This document shows, piece after piece, positions 1 through 10,492 of a stretch of 25,187 bases of DNA (its first letter is position 1; every line of letters starts with the position of its first letter). The stretch is taken from positions 62,001-87,187 of the forward strand of contig MU271336.1 in NCBI GenBank assembly GCA_021432655.1, given 5' to 3'. Under the pieces are notes generated by a model. The model saw nothing but the letters and a program-made list of their open reading frames with translations. It was not told the origin of the DNA and did no database searches. A program made the translations under genes and the position numbers. The DNA comes from Atractiella rhizophila. Taxonomy: Eukaryota.

Positions 1-2506
1 TCACAAATGTCCCTGCCTCAACAACTGAAGGAGGGCGGAAGAAGATGGTGCATCGACATTCCAGTGGGTTGTTTATTACCCAACGGAGATTGACCAATGA
101 CCCATTGACAGCTGTTGTCGAGCAATGTTACAAACTTTTGAAGATTTTCACCACGCATCCATTGCCACCGGAACATGTAGAAGAGCTTGCAGATGATGTT
201 CCAGGTGTTCCCAAGGACGAAATAGATGAACTAGAGTTACAAGGGGTTCGTTGCCATTCCAAACATCTTGATCTTACTGAAGAGAACACAGTGGGACTAT
301 CAAGGTCTCGCGGTGAGCACCAACTTGCATTTCTCCTCAGAGTTAAATAGCGTTGCGTAGGATGGCAAAGTGAGGACATACACGCGACGGCGAGCGGATC
401 GAGAGGAAGCAGCCGCCGACTTTCAATATTACCATCTAAACGAGGAGCATCGAGAGCATGATATGATGCCCTGGGTTAGAGGAGACGGCTGGATAGAAGG
501 GGATTGGAAGATCGCTGATGTTGTCGCCACAATTCGAAGCTACGACGCTCGCTCCACTTTTGATACTCGATTAGATTGTCCGAATTGCAAAGTGAAGGAA
601 ATCCTGAACGAAACCGACAACATCGTTCATATGCACTATCATGCGATTTTCCCAGTAGCTGCCCGTGATGGCGTTATTGTACTTAGTGAGGAGTGAGGGC
701 TTAACCGCTGAGGCTGGCATATGCTGATGCGATGACAGGGTCCACCCAGAACAATCGTTGGCTTACATCATCGCTCGATCGGTGGATGATGGTCTTATCC
801 CTCCCGATCCATCTACTTATCGGATGGCGACGCATATGATTGGCTGGGCAATCCGCAAATTACCCCATCCTCCTGAGTACGACGCACTCGCTCGAAGGAA
901 GGAAGCTTCATGTCGGCGTTCTTCGCAGCCAGCTCCTTCCCATCCGTCCTCTAGCAATGTACGAGCTCCCAGCTTCTCACATACTTCTCAACTTAGCGAC
1001 AAACGGCACTCGTCTTCATCTTCCTACAATCGACCTGTGATGCCCAGTCGAAGCTCCGGGTCATCCTCATCCTTTCAGTCTCTACGTCCACCAGCCCAGA
1101 CGCCGACGTCGCATCGGTCGTCGACCAACTCTTCTCGTCCTTCTTCGCTACGGAGCATGGGTATCTTGCCTAGTTTGAAGTCTCGGCCAAGCGCCTTCGG
1201 CAACAGGGCGTCCTCATTCAGCACTCAACCGCGTCCTCCTGCATTCCTAGGTGCGCCGCTAGCAAGGTCACAAACGACTCAGATCCCAGCGTCTACCCAC
1301 CATTCTTCTTTTTCATCTTCCTCCCCTCTCCCACCCATATCGCGTTCGGATTCGCCAGTCTCCGACACCTCAAGTGAAGAAGACCTTCCGCCCAAAGCAC
1401 CTGGTTTCCAGACAACATATCTTACCCGTCTAGATCCAGGGTCCACTAATCGTAGGTCCCTTTCCACCCACATCACTAGACTCATCTTTCGATCGTAGCC
1501 AACTCGTTCCAACGAGAGCTTTTTATGCGTCAGTCAGTCATCATCTCGCAGATGAACCTCTTCTTTCAAAAATATGGATTCGCTCCTTACTTACAGCGCG
1601 AAAATCGCAAACACGGTCTGGATTTAATAGACCAAATATTCGCGCCTCTAAAGGAGACCTATTCGGCGGTCTATAGATGTCATGAGGAGGTAGCTGGAGA
1701 AACCACGAAGATTCGTTTCTTTGGAAGCACTTTCGGCAATGGGAACTTCACTATAAGGGTTGTTAGAGCCACAGATTGGCACGTCGAGTTCGACAATCCT
1801 CCAGAAAATGTACAACTGGACCAACCGGCTCAGCCGACTATTGATGAAGAAGGATTTTACCTGCAGTCATCCATGACTTTCGAGAACCGTAGCCAGTCCA
1901 GTCTACCAGATAGTCTTACCCATACCCCAGATTCAAATAAAAAGCACCCCGGTCTCCCAGGATCCCTCGGTCCTTGCACTCTCGTGGTGAAGAACACAGT
2001 AATAGGAGTACCAATCCAAATCGTAATCGAAAGGACGAAAGAGAAGAAAAGCAAATCCAAAAAGCCAAACGGGCGAACTGGGAAGCGAGCAATGTCAGCG
2101 AAGCAGCTAGAGTCCGTCTGTCTTTCTGTCTTCATGCGGCCTGACTGACTTCTATGCCAGATTGCAATTGATCTCGGACGGACCTCAACCTTCGACAATA
2201 TCGAGAACGGGCAGCGTATCCGAGGTCTCGATAACGCACGCGAGATCTTCCAGCGTCTATCATTGTTCAACAAAGAGCCAACTTCCCCCCGAGACCGCCG
2301 TCCATATCGACTTAACGACCCCTTCAGCCCAATCAGCAGCGCCTCCACTTCATCCCGCGTCAGTCCCGTCAGCAAGAGCTCGCAACCTTCATCCTCTACT
2401 GAATCATCGATCAGCCCTCTATCGGCACTATCCAGGAAGCTGTTGGGATCAGTTGCTTCTACAGCTCTGACTTCGCCTTCGAATACTCCAGACAGGTTCT
2501 CTGGCA
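1..2506 (+). CDS. Hypothetical multi-exon protein with long Ser/Pro-rich tracts; open at the window edge and truncated by the N gap; possible frameshift near 235-241
   Basis: ORFs 370-696, 758-1498, 1525-2148 and 2263+ join in frame across introns 313-360, 693-738, 1452-1498 and 2116-2160 (e.g. VLSEE|VHPEQSLAY, TNPNSFQRELFMRQ, QLES|IAIDLGRT). The 5'-most frame (45-240) does not join cleanly. No family recognised. Confidence 0.6.
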
Positions 2507-2987
2507 NNNNNNNNNNNNNNNNNNNNNNNNNNNNNNNNNNNNNNNNNNNNNNNNNNNNNNNNNNNNNNNNNNNNNNNNNNNNNNNNNNNNNNNNNNNNNN
2601 NNNNNNNNNNNNNNNNNNNNNNNNNNNNNNNNNNNNNNNNNNNNNNNNNNNNNNNNNNNNNNNNNNNNNNNNNNNNNNNNNNNNNNNNNNNNNNNNNNNN
2701 NNNNNNNNNNNNNNNNNNNNNNNNNNNNNNNNNNNNNNNNNNNNNNNNNNNNNNNNNNNNNNNNNNNNNNNNNNNNNNNNNNNNNNNNNNNNNNNNNNNN
2801 NNNNNNNNNNNNNNNNNNNNNNNNNNNNNNNNNNNNNNNNNNNNNNNNNNNNNNNNNNNNNNNNNNNNNNNNNNNNNNNNNNNNNNNNNNNNNNNNNNNN
2901 NNNNNNNNNNNNNNNNNNNNNNNNNNNNNNNNNNNNNNNNNNNNNNNNNNNNNNNNNNNNNNNNNNNNNNNNNNNNNNNNNNNNNNN
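2507..2987. other. Assembly gap (481 N)
   Basis: Run of N seen directly. Confidence 1.
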
Positions 2988-3611
2988 AGGGCGACTTCAT
3001 CCCATGATATCGCCAACCCAGAGATGACGCATGTGAAAACCTTTATATAGGTGGCAAATACAAACCCCATCTCGTAGGCCAAGCAGAGAAACAGAAGGAA
3101 GAAGGTAGGAAAAAAACAGGGTTACTGCTACGACTAGTAAACCCCCGTTATCTAATGTATCCTTCTCAGGGGCAATAGTAGTAGCCTTACGAACCTGAGA
3201 GGAAATGGAGAGAACGGAAGCCCTGTAGCTGGTGGTAACGAGCGTAGTAGAAGTGTGCGAAGAAACCACGCATAGATAGATGGAGGGGAAGAGACAGAGA
3301 CAATAACTATTCCACTGACTAAACCTACGACCCTAACCTGTCAACCCTATAAGCGGCCTTATCAACCGCAGGACGTAAGGTATCAACCGCTTGAACGTAG
3401 AGTTCTTCCGACCGCCTGACAGAAGGGGAAGATACTGCACTACCGGCGAGAACCAGAGTAAGATCCCAATCAAAGGTAAGCGAAGCTAATCGTTAAGACG
3501 CTCGACGTCCTTCAACTATCACTTTTGTCTGGTGACTAACCGCCCTTGGACCATAGAGGTCTACATCTGTGCCCTTATAAATTTTGAATGGGGAAAGGAG
3601 GAGGGGACGGA

Positions 3612-5424
3612 TCAGCAGCGAGAGGAGAGGCGCGAGAGTCGACCGCATCGACGGAAGAAAGATGCTCTCCAAGCACAAGTAGGGGCGACTATTCCACGGG
3701 TAACGAGTTACGCTACCTATCTGGTTGCAGGCATTTCAGCTCTTTGGTAAAAATGGTCTAGGTCTTCAGCTTCATAGGTGTTGATGGGGTATGTCTCGGG
3801 CGCTGGACGAAAGCTATGGGAGATAAGCTCGTGATACAGAGCGGTCACCTCGTTAGCCGTACAACCCTAGGCGCAAGTTGATGTACCAGCGTGATCAACC
3901 GATGTGTGTCAACCCTGACAGCCAAACACGAGAGAGGGACGGGAAAGTTGTTAGCGTAGACAAACGATTGCACAGAACCAACCGTATGCTGTCGGTAGGG
4001 TTTAGCGAGAGCGTGAGAGTTATCCGCCTAAGCAGAGATATACGGAGTTTCAGAGGGAAGGAGAGTAGAATTTCGCGTGCTGTCGCAACGCGTACAAGTT
4101 CTAGTGCAACTATCGGACCTAAGGCTGGAAACGTCCTGAGCCTGAAGAGGGAGAAGAGAGAAGTAGTGGACATGAGGAAACCCATCCTTACCCTTAGCAC
4201 GACAAGGATAGGGCACAACGGACAGAGCGAAAGAGCACTCGACCGGAAAGGAATCCAAAACCTACCCTAGAGTCCTTAACTACGGGACTTATCGAACTTC
4301 GAGTAGGAACAAGCCCGTGTGTGTGGTAGCTGCTGACGAGACCCCCGACGGTTGCCTAACTGACTCAAGCATCTCTTGTATCCCTCGAACTATCCTGGGC
4401 GAGGAAACTCCAGACAGTAGGAAGTAGGAAAGGTCAAGGTAAGACTACAGTCCATCATGAGAAATACGGCGCAGCTAGTTCATATTATAAAACCCACCAA
4501 TGCGAACCTGTTAGCAACGCGATCGACACACGTAACGAACAGCTCCTTGTCGCTCACCTTAACTCCTTCTTACCTGGCAACTTTGTTACCTGGCCCTCGC
4601 CCTGGCCCTCGCATCCCTCATCCTTCGATCAAACAGAAGAAGACGGGAAGAGTCGGATGGAGAGTTTAAGCGCCAGGTCGGTGCTTGGGAAACGTTCAAT
4701 GTAGAGGACAGCGTCAGCTATATTGTGGTACTATCTCTAAGGAACTTTCGATGTCATTAACGCAGTGCACGGACAACTTTCCTAGCAGGTCACTGCAACG
4801 CAACTGCACAGCCCTAAAGCAGAGAGAAAGCGGAGAAGCTTCCTATATTTTCCTCTGTCCTACAATCTCTTCCTTAAGGGGCTATGTTGGGTTATTAGGG
4901 TTTTAGTGACAGTTTCGATAAAGCACTAAGGGCGAAAGACTCTTTGGTTACAGCGCTAGAGGGAGTCGTTTGAGGAGTGTAGTCTTGGGTTGCTTGCTGT
5001 TAAGTCGTGAGAGGAGAGGCCGTCGAAGAGGCGGAGGAAGATCTAGGAGAAGACAGCTGAGGGTAGCTAGGAGGCGCTGCAGCGTAGTGCTCTGACTAGT
5101 GCTACGTGGAGGCTTCCGATCACGAAGACTTCTTGTCGTAGCCTCTGTTGGCTAAGGAAGGTTGCAAGGATTCTTACTGCTCGTTAGAAGGAGTCCACAG
5201 GTTGTTCGCTATAGGTTCAGCCTCCATCCCTGTCCTTTCCTTCAGAGCGCCAGCCCTCTCGTTCCCGCCAACTCGTCTTTGTACCAGGCCAACCTCTCTT
5301 GCCTTCTTATCACTTAAGCCTACCCAGGGGTCGCGGTGTCCAATCCGATCTAAACCTAGACCTCCGAGTCCAACTTGAGGTACGCTTCCACTCTCAAGAC
5401 TCGGTTAGTGAGGATTATCAAACT
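3612..5424 (-). pseudogene. Decayed gene or mobile-element relic with many in-frame TAA/TAG stops
   Basis: Clear minus-strand intron 4557-4508 (GTGAGC...GCTAACAG). The downstream frame (VRIGGFYNMN*LRRISHDGL*SYLDL...CTRTCTRC...) runs about 220 codons with only TAG/TAA stops; the upstream frame is S/P/T/Q-rich. Region is TpA-enriched. Confidence 0.5.
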
Positions 5425-5604
5425 CTGTTTCGGTTTGTTGGTGGCCTGGGCGACCATGGAATTGAGGAAGGGGAGGATGGAGAAGGAGGTGAGCGGGATG
5501 GTGAGCTTGATGCCGAACACGGCCAGCAGTTGCCCTTTAGATGGCACTGTTTTGTTGGGATTGGGGTGCCCGAGAAGAGAAGTCATTTCGCTAGCTGGTG
5601 TCAT
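5425..5604 (-). pseudogene. 5' fragment (60 aa) of an MFS drug:H+ antiporter-like gene, truncated
   Basis: MTPASEMTSLLGHPNPNKTVPSKGQLLAVFGIKLTIPLTSFSILPFLNSMVAQATNKPKQ resembles the N-terminus/TM1 of fungal MFS-1 proteins (ExTxLL...P.PKxQL...I.P.....ILPF.N.MV). No TM2 onward follows. Confidence 0.55.
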
Positions 5605-6603
5605 ATCTTGTCGACGAATCGATCTGTCCATTGCTTCAGTTTCTTGTTCTTCAAAATGGTAGATGATATATTTGAACACGATTGCAATAGAAATAGCTTC
5701 AGAACCCCTTTCTTTGAATGTTTCCCATGAAGGTCTTTCTAAGAGCCTTCGCATGGCCAACAATGCAGTGCCAGCCTTATCACTTTCAAGCCAGCACGTG
5801 TAAGTGAAAGAGCGAAATATATTAAAAGACATCCAACTTCGGTACAATGTATCTGACTATAAAGTATGGGATAGCATGTCGGTGAGGCGGACGAAGCGAG
5901 AGTATGGCTGCTCGGATGGCCATTAAACAAGGCCGTTTGTATAGCTACTAGTCCTCCATGCTGGCTTTGAGCTCTAGGTATTGACAAGGAATCCAGTTCT
6001 CCCAAACCTCTTTGCAGGTGACTCAGTAGATAGCACAAAAGCAAGTGCACTGGCAGGACAAACGAACAATAATAAAGCTCAGAAAGATACAGCACGGTGT
6101 ACATAAGACATACCTTAGTACCAGTAAAGGAAGGAATCTCAGGCTGATATCACCTCTCTGACGATTTCAGTCACCTAATAAAGCTTCGATTCCCCCACAT
6201 AAGTCAGTGCCACCGAAGTGTAAGCTGCACCACCGCACCAAATTGACCGCCCATCACGCAAAATCGCGACTTCGTAGTTGCAAACAGTCACGTGAAATGC
6301 CTCTTACGTCCTGCGTCCTTGAACGTCACCAGTAACACAGATGTCCCTGCTTCACGCCAGAGGTAACGGTAGCATTTGCTACTAGCAACACTTGTATGCA
6401 GCTCTACCATTACAACATCCAACTAAATAGCTAACTGGACTCTCTGCAGCTCTATCTGCATCTCAATCGCCTTCGCCTTCCCAAGTTGTCCCGAGGCAGA
6501 TTCATGAATCGGATCGCCATCTCGTCTTCGTCAGAGCTCAGTCTCGCAACTTGAAGCGGAGTTTACCTGAACCATGCCCTTTTCATGCCTTCCCGAACGG
6601 GGA

Positions 6604-6646
6604 GAGCGACAGAGAACGGGAGGAGCGACAGAGAACGGGAGGAGCG
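6604..6646 (+). repeat. 19-bp tandem repeat GAGCGACAGAGAACGGGAG x2.3 upstream of the MFS gene
   Basis: Exact copies at 6604-6622 and 6623-6641 plus a partial copy. Confidence 0.9.
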
Positions 6647-6758
6647 GCCTCTGCCGTCAGGACTCATTCAACCCAGCTATTTCAACTCTCCTCTCCTTGT
6701 CACCGGACTCGAATCCCACGAGCGCAAAGTAGGAATAGGATAGCTTATCAACAAAAGG

Positions 6759-8912
6759 ATGTCCGGAATGGAGAACCCCCTGTCGAATATTTCCAGCAAG
6801 TCTGATGATCTTCAAATTGTCGAGGGAGAGGATCATCTTCGCAATAGTCATGATAATCATTCGGTTGATGCTACGAGGGAGGATAAGCGAAAAGGTCACG
6901 GCATGCGAGGAGTGCAGGTACTGAGGGAGGCGTTTCAGTTTGAATTTAGGGAGTGGACTTGTTTTGCTGTTTTGGCTGGTGAGGTGCGTTCTTTGCTTCC
7001 CGCGAAGCAGAATTCCTATATATCCTTAATTAATATTTCCAGTTGTTGGCCTTGGTGCAAACGATGGGTGATTGACAACAGTCATTGGTCATAGTTGCAG
7101 GTTTGGGTGACGGGAGCGCAGGAGCGCTGATTCCTTAGTTAGTCCCTCTACCTCTTCTCATCCTGATTTGTGCTCTGCGTCTCTTATAACTATGCCACTA
7201 ACAGCATCCAATCGTATTTCCACGTCTCTCACTCCGCCGTCTCCCTCATCTTTGTGACCCAAACCGTTGGCTACCTTCTCGCCTCATTCTCAAACAATTA
7301 CCTAACTGATACGCTGGGCATGGAGCTCGTGCGTCTCTCCTACATCCATCCACACCGCAATGTACAAGGCTTAACGGAATCGATGGAACAGGTGATAGTC
7401 TGGGGTGCCCTGCAGCAATCCCTCGTGGGTCCCTTCTCTCCACCCAACAAAGCAGACGATACCGAATAATGACCGTCCTGTAACCAAAAGAGCTACGCCC
7501 TCCTCGTCCCCTCCTTCCACTTCTCCCTCCTCCTCGTTCTCAACCTCTTCATCGGTTTCGGGGTCTGCATCCAAGACTCCGCCGCCTCCGTCTACGTCGG
7601 CTCTCGCCCCAATTCCAAGAACGCAAAATGGAAAATCTCCCTTCTGGAAACTTGTTATGGAGCCGGTGCCCTCGTTGGACCGTTTTTGGCAACGTTGATT
7701 GTGCAGAGTGGCGCTAGGTGGAGCTTCTTTTATATCGTGCAGGCTGCTGCTTGTGCTGTTAATGTTGGATTGTTGTGGGCGAGCTTCAGGTACGTTTTGG
7801 CAGGGAATGGAGGGGCTATGACCGATGGGGTTTTAGACCTAAGTTTAAGATGGGGAGGGGAGCGAAGGAAGGGAGCGGAGAAAGGAAGAAAGAGCAGGAA
7901 GAGGAAGGGGATCATTTGCACAAATTAAAAAGTACCTTGCGTAATAAACACGTCTGGTCTCTGTCTTCTTTCCTTCTTCTTATGGTTGGAGCGGAAGTCT
8001 CCATCGCTGGTACGCGAACTTCTTTGCTTTCCTTTCGTCGAAATTTGTCCAAGTTGACGATCTGTACGTTCAGGTTGGATCGTCTCTTTCCTCATCGAAG
8101 AACGTCATGGTTCCTCATCGTTTGTCTTCCATCCTTTGCGTCCCATGCATGCCTCATTGACAAGGGTCAACTATCCAGCGCAGGATATGTCGCCACAGGA
8201 TTCTGGTCTGGTTCGCTCTCCTTCAGTGCCCCCGTCCTCCAATCTCAACCTTTTTCTGATGTAACAGGAGTGATGCTTGGCCGCCTACTCTCTCCCAAAC
8301 TGAATGGGTGGATAGGGGAGAAAAAGGTAGTGTTTTACTACATCAGCCTCGCTTTCTCCCTCGAATTTGTCGTCTGGTTCCTCCCCAACCTGCCTGGTAA
8401 CGCCATCGCCGTCTCTTTCATTGGGTTGCTCATTGTTCGTCTTCCCTTGTCTTTTTCCTGCTAGATGCAGATGGCGTCACGGAATAGGGACCAATGTATC
8501 CTCTGGCGTTGAATGTCGCGTTCAATCGCCTCCCGCGAGCCTTGCACGCAGGCTCCATATCTTTTATGACATCCATGGGACAAACGGGTGCGCTCTCCAC
8601 TCCCTGAGTCTGCACACGATTGAAGCCTCTGGTGTCTGATATAGGCGCTGCTATATTCCCCTTCCTCACTGGTACACTCGCGCAACGATTCTGTGAGTGT
8701 GCCCATTATATCATTCAATGATACGTGCTCGAGTTCCTGATAAGCGGATGATGGGCGAAGCGGTCAATGTGTTGCAACCGATGATGCTCGTCCTCTTTGT
8801 CCTTATGGCAGCTGCTTGGACGCTCGTTCCTGCACCACGACCCAGCGTGAGAGACCCAGAGGCGGAGACGGACGGAGAGTGTGTGCAAATGGAAGATAGC
8901 ATGGCTGTATAG
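6759..8912 (+). CDS. MFS transporter, Bsc6/FucP-like, more than 10 introns
   Basis: Spliced product contains GLGDGSAGALIP.IQSYFHVSHSAVSLIF, CYGAGALVGPFLAT, GAEVSIAGWIVSFLIEER, GYVATGFWSGVMLGRLL, GPMYP and GQTGAAIFPFLTGTLAQ, typical of this MFS subfamily. Confidence 0.88.
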
Positions 8913-9089
8913 GCTCGTCTCTTGTTTCATGGTCTGTTATATTCTAGATGATATTTTGAATGGTATATCAATGGAGCAAAGGTTAGACATAAAATACACG
9001 GAACATGTGTGTGCGATACAGACTTGCGAAAGTCCAAAATGCCAAGAAAACGCTTGCATATCCAAACCCTAGACCTCATTATCCTCTCC

Positions 9090-10168
9090 TCATAACTTGG
9101 ATTGACCTGTTTTTCCATCAGCGAGATCTGGGAAAGGTTGATACGAAATGACTCACCTCCTTCCTCCAGCTGCAAAAACAAATCCTTCAATCCCTTGATT
9201 CCTCTGGAAGCGTGTTGAGACACTGTCTCCTTCTCTACTCTCAGTAGACTATCATTGAAGACCTCCAAGCTCCAATCGCCATCGTAACCCGTCTCCTTAA
9301 CAACCTTCGAGAACTCGATGACGGGTAAATACGCTCCAAGGTCCGTCTCGAGAGGAAACAGGCGATGAGATCTCGACCAAGGTCTGAGGGGAGGGATTGA
9401 CGGATCTTCGGGAGGGAGGAGGGGAGGAGACATGAGTTTAGCGTCTGCGACCTGGTATATGAAGATCTTCTCCTTCGGTATCGTCCTGCTCAACTCCCTG
9501 AGCGACGCACGCAAGCTCTCGTCCGCCTTTTCTTGCTTTCCGCTGATCGAATATGGGTCCGCCCACTCCCTGGCCAACGAGTTGAAGCTGTCGAGACATA
9601 TTCCGACGTTGTCTCGGTTCGTCATCCTGATGACATCCCAAGTCTGCTTCCAAGTGCTCACCCTCGTTCCCCAGCTCAGACCTTCGTAAGCCAATCTACA
9701 AGGCGGTTGGAGCTCGGCAAGCCGGTCAGCGAGCCATGTGAGGTCTTTCACTGCTTCTTGGGGGGATGAATGGAGGACGTTAGCGGGGGAAGTGTTGGAA
9801 GGGACAAGGAGGAGGTCAGTCCCTAGATGCGGGAGGAGGATGTAGAACTTTCGAGCGCGCTCGTACGCGTCTTTCTTCTTCTCAGAATCCATCCATCCCT
9901 CGAAGTCACGCAGGGGCTGCAGGCAGCTGATCTTCAGTCCTGCCTGTTTGACGAGAGAACCAACTTCCTGTGCGGCGGCGATGGCAGTGGAGTCTTCGTC
10001 CTCGTCCTGCCCTTTTGAGTGGGCGTACGACTTTAGAAAGGCGAACCAGTCGTTGTCGAAGAGTTCAATGGAGCTGAATCCGGCGCTGGACGCTGCTTGG
10101 ATCTTCGCTTGGAGGGAATGTGAGTGGCAGTCTCCAAGTGAGAGGGAGGCAATTCCGAGCAGTGGCAT
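9090..10168 (-). CDS. qutC: 3-dehydroshikimate dehydratase (QutC/Qa-4 type, xylose-isomerase-like TIM barrel), 342 aa, one intron at 9156-9107, C-terminal SKL
   Basis: Motifs IASLSLG, KI.AA..AGF..IELF, LQPLRDFEG, AYEGLSWG, GICLDSFN, YQVADA, PWSRSHRLFP, WSLEVFN. Divergent from a quinate permease. GTGAGT...CTGAT...CAG intron gives ...LEEGGQSKL*. Confidence 0.85.
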
Positions 10169-10492
10169 TTCGAACGTCGATGTCGCTGATCGATTGACGC
10201 TGCTCTAAATATTGTATGTTTGGGGCGATAAACTGAAGGGAAGCCATCGAGTTTATCACTTCTTGCTTGGCTGGATGAAAGCTCTTGACCGACTTGAAAG
10301 TTCTTCCACCACCCCGGGGTGCGATAAACTTTCTTCCACCTCCCCAGCGCCAAAAAATTGCTGCGACCATCTTTGACATTGACTCGGAGGAGCTCTTCAT
10401 TTAGTTCAGTGGAGTCTTTATCATCCATCTGGGGCACATATAAGTGGTGCATCAGCGAACCAACTTCAGCCCACTGCTACCTGATATCCATC
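10169..10492. promoter_or_regulatory. Compact bidirectional promoter shared by qutC-like and qutD-like genes (second copy at 13227-13550)
   Basis: 324 bp between divergent ATGs (10168 minus, 10493 plus); contains several GATAA/TTATC words. Confidence 0.7.

Noticed and set aside
2263..3082. ORFs spanning the N gap
   Set aside because: Artefacts of translating N; the two sides cannot be linked.
2988..5424. LTR or LINE retrotransposon
   Set aside because: No RT, RNase H, integrase, PBS or LTR features were recognisable, and the relic contains a spliceosomal intron.
5650..6150. Minus-strand ORF 5739-6104 and the upstream extension of ORF 5356-5847
   Set aside because: No family motifs; likely non-coding sequence upstream of the truncated MFS start.
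8927..9089. 413-aa ORF as the main dehydratase product
   Set aside because: A consensus intron at 9156-9107 gives a family-typical 342-aa protein; the long form is at most a retention isoform.
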